Source: an uncultured Thiotrichales bacterium (lineage in GTDB: Bacteria; Pseudomonadota; Gammaproteobacteria; UWMA-0217). Taken from it: 46,478 nt of DNA. Of this stretch, positions 18,497 to 27,089 are shown one piece after another (the stretch's first letter is position 1; each line of letters begins with the position of its first letter). The notes below the pieces were generated by a model. It saw only the letters and a program-made list of their open reading frames with translations. It did not search any database and was not told the origin of the DNA. Both the position numbers and the translations under genes were made by a program. Where the stretch lies: assembly GCA_964577195.1 (NCBI GenBank), contig CAZNYF010000001.1, positions 1 to 46,478 on the forward strand. The letters run 5' to 3'.

Positions 18497-19063
18497 ATGC
18501 ATGGGGCGTTAGGCTTATTACTTGCCATTGGCATCATTTCAACTATTGTGATTTCAGTGCTACAACGTGCCGCGGTGAATAACCCGGTGACAATCATCGC
18601 CAGCCCACATCTGGCGGTAATGGTGTATGCGCCTGCATTGCGTTGGAGCTGCTGGTTTCTAATGTTTGGATTAATGGGGCTGTGCGCGGCAACGTTACTT
18701 CGCTACGGAGAGAACCTGCAAGAAGTCCGTCTGTTTTATTCCTCTGTGGTGGTGTTGCTGGGCGGAAGCATCCTGCTGTTGATAGAGGTTAGAACCCGCA
18801 AAATAATACTAACGGATGAGGCGATAGCTTCTTTTGGTCGGTTGAGCAAAAAGGCCGTGAACTGGTCAGAAGTCGATTCAATTCAGTTTAATCGTTGGAT
18901 GAAAATGCTGGTGATTCATACCAGGACGGGGAATCGTTTGCGCGTTAATCCGTCGCTTTCTGGCATGGAGTTTCTGGAATTTATGGCGAGCGAAAAACTG
19001 TCGGTTGATCGCTACTCAGCAGCATTTTGTGAATTGGAGAAATTTTTACCCGCAAAAACCTAG
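18497..19063 (+). CDS. hypothetical membrane protein (three transmembrane helices plus a small soluble C-terminal domain)
   Basis: ORF 18488..19063. ATG at 18497 is preferred over GTG 18488. It has three hydrophobic helices and no motif I recognise. Confidence 0.55.
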   Translation: MHGALGLLLAIGIISTIVISVLQRAAVNNPVTIIASPHLAVMVYAPALRWSCWFLMFGLMGLCAATLLRYGENLQEVRLFYSSVVVLLGGSILLLIEVRTRKIILTDEAIASFGRLSKKAVNWSEVDSIQFNRWMKMLVIHTRTGNRLRVNPSLSGMEFLEFMASEKLSVDRYSAAFCELEKFLPAKT

Positions 19064-19304
19064 TGCTCCATCAAAGCAACGTTGTTGGAGTACTAGTACA
19101 GCAAACAGCAAGTTCGACCAATAATCTGAAGGTCTATATTCCCGATAGCTGCGTTAAACAAGCTTGGCGTAGCCCACTATGCCTGCGCTTGTTTGCCTTG
19201 CTCTCGGAAATCTATACCAACATCTCTTATTGATCGAACTTACCGCTTGCTGTACTAGTGCTTCATCGGTGAATTTTTCTAATATAATATTGTTGGAGCA
19301 CTAG
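19060..19304. repeat. 245-bp nested palindromic (MITE-like) element filling the convergent intergenic gap
   Basis: Outer inverted repeat ctagtgctccatcaa (19060-19074) pairs with ttgttggagcactag (19290-19304), 14/15. Each end also forms its own small hairpin (19060-19096 and 19255-19304). Inner arms 19097-19124 and 19227-19254 pair 24/28, and weaker complementarity continues inward. Confidence 0.7.
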
Positions 19305-19308
19305 CAAT

Positions 19309-20235
19309 CTACCGCTTCAATTTGCGTATGTCTGCAATCACGCCTTGCATAGATTTATCGAACATGGTTTTTTCTTCATCGGTGAGATTGAGCTGAATAA
19401 TCTGCTGCATACCATCTGCGCCAAGCACACAGGGTACACCCATTGCGACATCCTCATAGCCGTATTCGCCTTCCAGAATTGCAACCGTTGGCAGGATGCT
19501 GTTACGCGCTCGCCCAACCGCATCGACCATCGCTGAAATAGCCGCCGCAGGCGCATCGTAGGCGCTGCTGGTTTGGCGTAGCGCGAGGACTTCTGCGCCA
19601 CCGTGTCGGGTTCGCTCGATGATGGCGTCGATCTGCTGTTTTTCCAGTAATTGATCCACGCAGATACCGGAAATGGTTGTGTAGCGGATCATCGGCACCA
19701 TTGAATCACCATGACCGCCAAGCACCATCGCGTTAATTTCTTTCGCGGAATAGCCAGATTCCATGGCAATAAAAGCCGCCATGCGCGATGAATCCAGTAC
19801 GCCAGCCTGACCATAGATTCGATGTCGCGACCAGCCAGTGCGCTGCCAGGTTCGATAGGTCAGCACATCGACGGGATTGGAGACGAGGATAATCTGGCAA
19901 TCCGGCGCATAAAGCATTACATAATCGAGAATGCTATCGAGAATAGAAACATTGGTTTCCAATATATCAGAGCGAGACATGCCGGGTTTTCGGGCAATGC
20001 CAGCGGTGATAATGATGAGGTCAGAATCAGCGATTGATTCTGGATCTGTGCCGCCAGTCACGCGGGTATCAAATTCGAACAGTGGCGCAGTTTGCTGTAC
20101 ATCCAGTGCAGCACCTGCAGCGACTCCTTCTTTCACATCGAGCAAAACAATTTTACGGGTGATATCGAGTCTGGCGATAAACTGAGAGGTTGCTTCGCCG
20201 ACACGTCCTGCACCAATTATGCTGATCTTTTGCAT
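19309..20235 (-). CDS. mdh: malate dehydrogenase (LDH-like, NAD-dependent)
   Basis: 308 aa. Rossmann motif ISIIGAGRVG, substrate loop GIARKPGMSRSDIL with the Arg typical of MDH rather than LDH, and GGHGDSMVP. Confidence 0.88.
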   Translation of the reverse strand: MQKISIIGAGRVGEATSQFIARLDITRKIVLLDVKEGVAAGAALDVQQTAPLFEFDTRVTGGTDPESIADSDLIIITAGIARKPGMSRSDILETNVSILDSILDYVMLYAPDCQIILVSNPVDVLTYRTWQRTGWSRHRIYGQAGVLDSSRMAAFIAMESGYSAKEINAMVLGGHGDSMVPMIRYTTISGICVDQLLEKQQIDAIIERTRHGGAEVLALRQTSSAYDAPAAAISAMVDAVGRARNSILPTVAILEGEYGYEDVAMGVPCVLGADGMQQIIQLNLTDEEKTMFDKSMQGVIADIRKLKR

Positions 20236-20339
20236 GGTCGCTCTCCTGATCTTGTTGTGTAGTATTTCTACGAATCAATGAGCGTTTTAGACACTCATAG
20301 TAAATTCATAGTTGAGGTGAGGCTTCTAAGCAAGTTTGG

Positions 20340-20560
20340 CCAACGTAGGATCAGCTGAGGCACGACCACCAAGGATGGTGGAAGTGCTGGGAACGCAGGA
20401 GCAACTCTCAGTACGACCACCAAGGATGGTGGAAGTGCTGGGAACGCAGGAGCAACTCTCAGTACGACCACCAAGGATGGTGGAAGTGCTGGGAATGCAG
20501 GAGCAATTCTCAGTACGAAGCGCATCAATCGAGGAAGATGCAATCGGTTATAGATAGAGG
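20340..20560 (+). ncRNA. candidate Csr/Rsm-family CsrA-sequestering sRNA (hypothesis)
   Basis: There are 15 GGA and 8 AGGA motifs on the + strand, and no TCC (antisense GGA). Three CCACCA-AGGA-UGGUGG hairpins are present (first at 20366-20381), plus a GCAUC-AAUCGAGGAA-GAUGC hairpin at 20521-20540. The element is antisense to both flanking genes. The ends are undefined; I could not find a promoter or terminator. Confidence 0.3.
20362..20514. repeat. 3 x 51-bp direct tandem repeat
   Basis: Unit acgaccaccaaggatggtggaagtgctgggaacgcaggagcaactctcagt at 20362-20412 and 20413-20463 (identical). The third copy at 20464-20514 has two substitutions. A fourth copy starts with acga and then diverges. Confidence 0.97.
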
Positions 20561-20607
20561 GAGTGAGCTGAAAAGTTTTTGCGCTTCGTACATAGAAAAT
20601 TTACGAA

Positions 20608-21384
20608 CTACTCGCCAAATTGAAATAATTGCTCCGCATTGCGGGTGGTGACTTGGGCGACTTCTTCAACTGAAATATTTTTTAGCGCAGCAATTTTTTC
20701 AGCAACTTCCAAAATCCATCCAGGCTGATTACGTTCCCCGCGATGTCGTTCTCCAGCTTGATCCGGTGCATCGGTTTCGAGCAGCATCGCGCTTAGCGGT
20801 AGTGCTTGTATCACTCGGTGCAAGCGTTTGGAGCCATGCCAGGTAATTGGCCCGCCAAAGCCGAGATAAAAACCCTGTTCGATCAATTTGTGCGCCTGAT
20901 CAATACTGCCAGAGTAGCTATGCATGACGCCGCCTAAATCGTTGAACTCCCTAAACATGAGCATCACCTCTTCCACCGCTTTGCGCGCATGAATAATCAC
21001 GGGGAGATTATATTTCTCTGCCAGCGCCAGCTGTCCATGGAGATAGAATTTCTGTTGTTCGCGATCAGGGTTATCAATATAAAAATCTAATCCGCACTCG
21101 CCCACTGCAACGGGATGCTCAGTAGTAATCAGCGCTTCCAGTTCGATGAGATGTTCTGGTTGATGCGATTCCATAAACATGGGATGTAAACCAAAAGTCG
21201 GGGAGACGGTTGGATATCGAGATCCTAATTTTTTTAGCTCAGACCAAGAGGCTGCGGTAATCGCCGGAGAAATAATCCGCTTAACATGATTTTTAAGCGC
21301 TAGCGTCATGACGGCATCGCGATCTGCTGTGAAAGCTGCCGCATCAAAATGGCAATGAGTATCGATTAGCTCCATAGTATTCAT
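20608..21384 (-). CDS. TatD family metal-dependent hydrolase/DNase
   Basis: IDTHCHFD opening motif, GECGLDFY, HARKA, and ETDAPD near the C-terminus. The frame is open to 21408. ATG 21384 (MNTMELIDTHCH) is preceded by AAGGG and is preferred. Confidence 0.88.
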   Translation of the reverse strand: MNTMELIDTHCHFDAAAFTADRDAVMTLALKNHVKRIISPAITAASWSELKKLGSRYPTVSPTFGLHPMFMESHQPEHLIELEALITTEHPVAVGECGLDFYIDNPDREQQKFYLHGQLALAEKYNLPVIIHARKAVEEVMLMFREFNDLGGVMHSYSGSIDQAHKLIEQGFYLGFGGPITWHGSKRLHRVIQALPLSAMLLETDAPDQAGERHRGERNQPGWILEVAEKIAALKNISVEEVAQVTTRNAEQLFQFGE

Positions 21385-21463
21385 TGAGACCCTTTCGTAG
21401 ATTGACATTAATTCGATATTTCGTCACGCTCCACTTCAACTTAAGAAAATACTAAATTACTTA

Positions 21464-24391
21464 ATGAGTGAAACAGCAAAACAAGCAGAGGGCAGTATAG
21501 AGGTCAAAACCACGACCTGTTATATGTGTGCCTGCCGCTGCGGTATTAAAGTGACGCTAAAAGATGGCGAAATTCGCTATATCGAAGGCAATAAAAATCA
21601 CCCGCTGAATAAAGGCGTGCTTTGTGCCAAAGGTGCATCGGGGATTATGAAACAGTATTCCCCGGGTAGGCTTACCAAGCCGCTGCTTCGTAAGCAAGGC
21701 TCAGAGCGCGGCGCTGGGGAATTCGAAGAAATTTCCTGGGACAAAGCTTTTGGCTTGATGGAAGAACGCCTCGGCAAAATTCGCGCGGAAGACCCCAAAA
21801 AATTCGCCATCTTCACCGGGCGCGATCAAATGCAGGCGCTAACTGGCTTGTTTGCCAAGCAATTTGGCACGCCCAATTATGCGGCGCACGGTGGCTTTTG
21901 CTCGGTCAATATGGCTGCGGGGATGATCTACACCATTGGCGGTTCTTTCTGGGAATTTGGCGGGCCTGATCTGGAACGCTCCAAGCTGTTCTTCATGATC
22001 GGCACGGCAGAAGATCACCACTCCAACCCGTTGAAAGTGGAGCTGGCAAAATTCAAGCGCAACGGCGGACGCTTTATTTCGATCAATCCGGTGCGTACCG
22101 GTTACTCAGCCATCGCTGACGAATGGGTGCCGATCAAGCCGGGTACAGATGGCGCGCTATTTTTAGCCATCATTCATGAGCTGATTAAGCTCGGTCTTTA
22201 TGACCGTGACTTTCTGGTTCGCTACACCAACTCGGCCGAGCTGGTAAATATGGACGAAGCCAGTTCTGAGCACGGCATGTTTGTCCGCTTTGAAGTACCA
22301 GAAGAAGAAGGTTGTTTTGATCCACAGAACAAGCTCTGGTGGGATCGTGATCTCGATAAACCTATCTCCACGCACACCGAAGGTGTTGACCCGTTTCTGA
22401 TGGGGGAATTCGAGCTCTCGGATGGCACCAAGGTTAAACCTGCCTTTCAGTTATTGAAAGAGCGTGTTGAAGAATATACACCAGAATGGGCCGCAGGCGT
22501 TACGGGCATTGATGCCGATACGATTCGCCGGCTTGCGCAAGAAATGGGTGTTACCGCCCGCGATCAAAAAATTGAGCTGCCGATCCAGTGGACGGATTGC
22601 TGGGATAAGGATCATGACACTGTCGTGGGTAATCCAGTGTCATTCCACGCCATGCGCGGGCTCGCTGCACACTCAAACGGTTTCCAGTCGATTCGCGCCC
22701 TGAGCATCCTGATGACGATCCTGGGTACCATTGATCGTCCCGGTGGTTTCCGTCACAAAGCACCTTTCCCGCGTCCGATACCGCCCTGCGCTAAACCCCC
22801 CAATTCACCGGATGCGGTGCAGCCAAACACGCCGCTAGATGGTATGCCCCTGGGCTGGCCAGCTGATCCCGATGATCTGTTTGTTGATGACGATGGCGAA
22901 CCCGTGCGCATCGACAAAGCCTTCTCCTGGGAATATCCGCTCTCGGTGCATGGCTTGATGCACAATGCGATTACCAACGCCTGGCGCGGTGATCCGTACA
23001 AAATTGACACATTGCTGCTGTTCATGGCGAACATGGCGTGGAACTCCTCTATGAACACCACCGAAGTTCGCAAGATGCTGGTGGATAAAGAAGAGGATGG
23101 CGAATACAAGATTCCATTCATCATTGTCTCCGATGCGTATCGCTCCGAAACCGTCGATTTTGCCGATTTGGTGCTGCCGGATACTTCCTATCTGGAACGC
23201 TACGATGCAATGTCGATGCTGGATCGCCCAATCTCCGAGTTTGATGGTCCGGTCGATGCCGTACGCATCCCCGTGCTTGACCCAAAAGGGGACTGCAAAC
23301 CGTTTCAGGATGTGCTGGTAGAGATGGGTTCACGCTTGAAGCTACCCGCCTTCACCAAAGAAAACGGAGAGGCAAAATTTAACGATTATCGTGATTTCGT
23401 GATCAACTACGAAACAGCTCCCGGCTCCGGTATCGGCTTTCTTGCGGGCTGGCGCGGTAAAGGCGGTGAGAAATTCCTGCGCGGCGAACCCAACCCGCGT
23501 CAGTGGGAAATGTATGCAGAGAACGATTGCTTCTATCACCACAAATTGCCCCGTTCCTACCAGTACATGCGTAACTGGAATAAAGGTTATCTGCAATGGT
23601 CGCAGGATCACGGTATGACCCGTTACGCTGAACCGATCAACATTCATGTGTATTCCGAGGTGCTGCAAAAGTTTCGTCTCGCAGCACAGGGCAAAACAAT
23701 CGGTCGTCAGCCGCCAGAGCGTCTGCGTAAACGCGTCGAAACCTATTTTGATCCACTACCGTTTTACCATGAACCACTGGAAACGCAGCTCACCGACACT
23801 CAAAAGTATCCGCTGAGTGCGCTGACGCAGCGACCCATGGCAATGTATCACTCATGGGATTCCCAGAATGCCTGGTTGCGCCAAATCCACACCCACAACT
23901 ACCTGTATATCAATTCAGCGTTAGGCCGAAAGCATGGCCTCGAAGATGGTGATTGGGTTTGGGTGGAATCCCAATGGGGTAAGGTGCGCGGCATGTGCAA
24001 ATTCTCCGAATCGGTCGAGCCGGGCACAGTCTGGACCTGGAACGCCATCGGCAAAGCGGCCGGTGCCTGGGGCTTAACGCCTAAAGCCAATGAATCGCAA
24101 AAAGGCTTTTTGCTGAACCATGTAATTTCCGAAGAACTCCCCGCACATGATGCCGGAGAGCATATCTCCAACTCGGATCCTGTGACCGGGCAAGCGGGTT
24201 GGTATGATGTCAGAGTCCGCATCTACAAAGCCGATAAGTCAGAACCTAAAGAATCATTTCCTCAGTTCAATCCGCTCAAAGCATTGCCGGGAATGGATAA
24301 AAAACGAGGCAAATGGCAAGGCTATGTCGCCGGTAAATTTCGCCAGAGCCTAGGTATGAAACCTAGCAAGCGTAAAGAGGAGAAATCATGA
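21464..24391 (+). CDS. soeA: molybdopterin (Mo-bisPGD) oxidoreductase catalytic subunit without a Tat signal; SoeA-like sulfite dehydrogenase subunit
   Basis: 975 aa. N-terminal FeS cluster motif C-YM-C-ACR-C...C (TTCYMCACRCGIKV...LCAKG). No twin-arginine motif precedes it (MSETAKQAEGSIEVK), so the protein is cytoplasmic. Size and gene order match Allochromatium SoeABC as I recall it. Substrate specificity is inferred. Confidence 0.7.
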   Translation: MSETAKQAEGSIEVKTTTCYMCACRCGIKVTLKDGEIRYIEGNKNHPLNKGVLCAKGASGIMKQYSPGRLTKPLLRKQGSERGAGEFEEISWDKAFGLMEERLGKIRAEDPKKFAIFTGRDQMQALTGLFAKQFGTPNYAAHGGFCSVNMAAGMIYTIGGSFWEFGGPDLERSKLFFMIGTAEDHHSNPLKVELAKFKRNGGRFISINPVRTGYSAIADEWVPIKPGTDGALFLAIIHELIKLGLYDRDFLVRYTNSAELVNMDEASSEHGMFVRFEVPEEEGCFDPQNKLWWDRDLDKPISTHTEGVDPFLMGEFELSDGTKVKPAFQLLKERVEEYTPEWAAGVTGIDADTIRRLAQEMGVTARDQKIELPIQWTDCWDKDHDTVVGNPVSFHAMRGLAAHSNGFQSIRALSILMTILGTIDRPGGFRHKAPFPRPIPPCAKPPNSPDAVQPNTPLDGMPLGWPADPDDLFVDDDGEPVRIDKAFSWEYPLSVHGLMHNAITNAWRGDPYKIDTLLLFMANMAWNSSMNTTEVRKMLVDKEEDGEYKIPFIIVSDAYRSETVDFADLVLPDTSYLERYDAMSMLDRPISEFDGPVDAVRIPVLDPKGDCKPFQDVLVEMGSRLKLPAFTKENGEAKFNDYRDFVINYETAPGSGIGFLAGWRGKGGEKFLRGEPNPRQWEMYAENDCFYHHKLPRSYQYMRNWNKGYLQWSQDHGMTRYAEPINIHVYSEVLQKFRLAAQGKTIGRQPPERLRKRVETYFDPLPFYHEPLETQLTDTQKYPLSALTQRPMAMYHSWDSQNAWLRQIHTHNYLYINSALGRKHGLEDGDWVWVESQWGKVRGMCKFSESVEPGTVWTWNAIGKAAGAWGLTPKANESQKGFLLNHVISEELPAHDAGEHISNSDPVTGQAGWYDVRVRIYKADKSEPKESFPQFNPLKALPGMDKKRGKWQGYVAGKFRQSLGMKPSKRKEEKS

Positions 24392-25119
24392 CACAACTCG
24401 CATTGGTAATTGATCTAAATGTTTGTGTTGGCTGCCATGCCTGCGTGACCAGCTGCAAGGAGTGGAACACGTCTGGTCTGGCCGGGCCGATGTATGATCA
24501 GCAATCGTATGATAAAGACCCCACCGGCACATTTTTTAATCGCGTCCAGACCTTTGAAGTGGGCGAGTATCCGAATTGCGAAACCGTCCATTTTCCGAAA
24601 AGCTGCCTGCATTGCGAAGACCCGCCTTGCGTGCCTGTGTGTCCCACCGGTGCCAGCTACAAGCGCGAGTCAGATGGCATTGTGTTGGTCGATTACGATA
24701 AATGCATCGGTTGCAAATATTGCTCATGGGCTTGTCCTTATGGCGCGCGCGAGCTGGATGAAAAGCAGAAGGTGATGAAAAAATGCACCCTCTGCGTGGA
24801 TCGAATCTATAACGAAGAGCTGCCAGAAGAGGATAGGAAACCAGCTTGTGTAATGGCCTGCCCCACCAGTGCGAGATTATTCGGTGATGTACATGATCCA
24901 GACTCGGAAGTCTCTGTCGCTATCCGCGAAGAAGGCGGCTACCAGCTGATGCCCGAATGGGGAACCAATCCGGCCAATCACTATTTGCCGCGCCGTAAGG
25001 TAAAAATCAAACTGCACCCGGATGAACTTGAGCGTGCTGATAATCCGCTTTCCAAAGAGGAACGCAGACCATCCGGTGCAACGGATAAACCAACACTGGA
25101 CGACTTCACCACTTGGTAG
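24388..25119 (+). CDS. soeB: 4Fe-4S ferredoxin-type electron-transfer subunit (DmsB/PsrB family; SoeB-like)
   Basis: 243 aa with four Cys clusters (CVGCHACVTSC; CLHCEDPPCVPVCP; CIGCKYCSWACP; CTLC...CVMACP). The start overlaps the soeA stop as ATGA. Confidence 0.75.
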   Translation: MTQLALVIDLNVCVGCHACVTSCKEWNTSGLAGPMYDQQSYDKDPTGTFFNRVQTFEVGEYPNCETVHFPKSCLHCEDPPCVPVCPTGASYKRESDGIVLVDYDKCIGCKYCSWACPYGARELDEKQKVMKKCTLCVDRIYNEELPEEDRKPACVMACPTSARLFGDVHDPDSEVSVAIREEGGYQLMPEWGTNPANHYLPRRKVKIKLHPDELERADNPLSKEERRPSGATDKPTLDDFTTW

Positions 25120-25134
25120 GCATTAGCTACTAAC

Positions 25135-25178
25135 AGTAAATTCGTAGGCTGTGCTGAGCCTGCGAAGCGCATCATTCG
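25135..25178. repeat. REP-like palindromic element (second copy of the element framing the 51-bp repeats)
   Basis: The sequence is agtaaattcgtaggctgtgctgagcctgcgaagcgcatcattcg. It forms the hairpin ttcgtaggct/agcctgcgaa (25141-25166, 9/10). Its left 13-mer matches 20299-20311 (12/13) and its right 16-mer matches 20516-20531 (15/16), in the same order and orientation. Confidence 0.55.
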
Positions 25179-25236
25179 CGAAAAAAAGATGTGCGATTCT
25201 TCAGCACACCATCAATATTTTTTTGGACAAAGAACC

Positions 25237-26217
25237 ATGCATCCTGCTTTCTCAGTCATCTTCTTAACCACCTTGATCGGCGCTGGTCAGGGTTTGTTTC
25301 TGGCGCTCTACACCGCGCAGGTTTACTCGCGCTTTAAACTGTTACCGCAGCACAATATCGAGCAGTTCTATATTTACGGCACAGTCATTGCCGTCGCTTT
25401 GTTGGTGGCTGGTTTGATTGCATCATTCTTCCATCTCGGCCACCCTGAACGCGCCTGGCGTTCTGCCGCAATGTGGCGTACCTCCTGGTTATCGAGAGAA
25501 GTTATTGCCTTGCCAATCACCATGCTACTCATTGCACTCTATGGCGTGGCACACTACTTCGAATTCACCCAGCCGCTATTTCAAATGCCCGGTGGAACCG
25601 CGGTAGACCCAACCTTGCTGCTGGGACTCGCTGCAACCATTGCCACTTTCGCACTCTTCGTTTGCACCGGCATGATTTACGCTTGCATTAAATTCCTACA
25701 AGAATGGCACAGCCCGCTCACCGTAATAAACTACACGCTACTAGGTACAGCTTCCGGCTTTACATTGGCAACCGCATTATCCGCCTGGATGAAAACAGGA
25801 CTCACTGGATTCTATGCAGGTTGGTCGCTAATCATTACCGTACTGGCATTGATATTCCGTCTCGCATCGCTGAGAAGAAATCGTCGCCTGAGGCCAAAAT
25901 CAAACCCTAAAACCGCAATCGGTGTCAGGCACTCCAACATCAAGCAAATATCCATGGGTGCGATGGGCGGAACCTTTAACACCCGTGAGTTTTTTCACGG
26001 CAAAAAAGAAAGCTTCGTTAAAAGCACTAAAATGATTTTCCTCGTGCTGGTATTTTTAGTCCCAATAATTTTATTAGGCGTAACATTCTCCAACCCTGTC
26101 TATCTCATTCCCGCCATCGCTTTCGCCATTCAATATCTCGGCTTGCTGGCAGAGCGCTGGTACTTCTTTGCCGATGCCAAGCATCCGCAAAATATTTACT
26201 ACCAAAGTATTGGCTAG
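25237..26217 (+). CDS. soeC: DmsC/NrfD-like membrane anchor subunit (SoeC-like)
   Basis: About eight hydrophobic helices. The typical family opening MHPAFSVIFLTTLIGAGQG begins at ATG 25237. The upstream part of the track ORF (25189) lacks similarity and is discarded. Confidence 0.7.
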   Translation: MHPAFSVIFLTTLIGAGQGLFLALYTAQVYSRFKLLPQHNIEQFYIYGTVIAVALLVAGLIASFFHLGHPERAWRSAAMWRTSWLSREVIALPITMLLIALYGVAHYFEFTQPLFQMPGGTAVDPTLLLGLAATIATFALFVCTGMIYACIKFLQEWHSPLTVINYTLLGTASGFTLATALSAWMKTGLTGFYAGWSLIITVLALIFRLASLRRNRRLRPKSNPKTAIGVRHSNIKQISMGAMGGTFNTREFFHGKKESFVKSTKMIFLVLVFLVPIILLGVTFSNPVYLIPAIAFAIQYLGLLAERWYFFADAKHPQNIYYQSIG

Positions 26218-26258
26218 AAAAAAATGATCTAAGCGACGCTATACGCTAGCCTTGTAGA

Positions 26259-26672
26259 ATGAAAAAAGATAATCACTTACTTACACAAAGTCAGGTGTAC
26301 TTTAAAGCGATTGCCAATAGCCGCTTGTGTTGTGCTTATCTATTCGGCAGTGTTGCACGCGGAAATGCCCGCAAAGACAGCGATATAGATATTGCTGTTT
26401 TATATAACGCTATGCCGGAAGCAACATTGAAAGATTCTGGATTGGATATCGCCAGCGGTTTGGAAGAACTACTAGGCCGGGAAGTTGATTTAATTATACT
26501 AAACCGAAGCTCCCCGGACCTCATTCATAAAGTTTTACGCGATGGTGTTCTGATTTTCGATCATAACCCAGGCAAGCGAATTGCTTTTGAAATACAAGCA
26601 CGTAATGAGTATTTTGATATCAAACCTTATCTGGATGAATATCGATCAAGTACCCACCAAAATACGGGATAA
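26259..26672 (+). CDS. mntA: MNT-domain nucleotidyltransferase, type VII antitoxin MntA
   Basis: Minimal nucleotidyltransferase motif GSVARGNARKDSDIDIAV (GS...DxD). It lies immediately upstream of a HEPN/DUF86 gene. Confidence 0.85.
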   Translation: MKKDNHLLTQSQVYFKAIANSRLCCAYLFGSVARGNARKDSDIDIAVLYNAMPEATLKDSGLDIASGLEELLGREVDLIILNRSSPDLIHKVLRDGVLIFDHNPGKRIAFEIQARNEYFDIKPYLDEYRSSTHQNTG

Positions 26673-26678
26673 CAACCT

Positions 26679-27089
26679 ATGGTTGATCAGGATTTACTGT
26701 TTAAAAAACTCGCATTTATTGAAACCTGCGTAGCTGATTTGCAGCGGCATGCCAATCTCCAGCAAATAGAAACAGATATCCGTGAAGAACGGTTCGTCGA
26801 ACATACGCTTCAGTTGGCGATTCAAGCGGCTCTGGACGCAAGTTCTCATGTCGTATCAGCAGAAAAGCTGGGTGAGCCAGAAACCAATCGGGCGCTATTT
26901 CAAAAACTGACAGCAAATGGATGGATTCCTGAAGCGCTGGCAGTGAATTTACAGAATATGGCAGGGTTCAGAAATATACTGGTGCATGGTTATGCCGATG
27001 TTGATCTTAGTATTCTTAAAGATATTGTTGAGCACCATCTGGATGATTTATTACATTTAGTCAGGTGTGTTCGAAGAAAGACGAAATGA
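26679..27089 (+). CDS. hepT: HEPN-domain (DUF86) RNase toxin HepT
   Basis: 136 aa with the Rx4HxY motif as RNILVHGY. It starts 6 nt downstream of mntA. Confidence 0.85.
   Translation: MVDQDLLFKKLAFIETCVADLQRHANLQQIETDIREERFVEHTLQLAIQAALDASSHVVSAEKLGEPETNRALFQKLTANGWIPEALAVNLQNMAGFRNILVHGYADVDLSILKDIVEHHLDDLLHLVRCVRRKTK

Noticed and set aside
20362-20514. Possible CRISPR array
   Set aside because: The units are directly abutting with no spacers, there are only three copies, and no cas genes are present in the window.
20295-20557. ORFs of 82 aa (-) and 73 aa (+) spanning the tandem repeats
   Set aside because: Both frames are open only because the 51-bp unit is a multiple of three and lacks stop codons. 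The products are low-complexity repeats (PALPPSLVVVLRVAPAF x3) with no start context. Having mirror ORFs on both strands is typical of an artefact.
25189-25236. Upstream extension of the soeC ORF (MCDSSAHHQYFFGQRT)
   Set aside because: The family-typical N-terminus MHPAFSVIF begins at 25237, and the extension has no hydrophobic or signal character.
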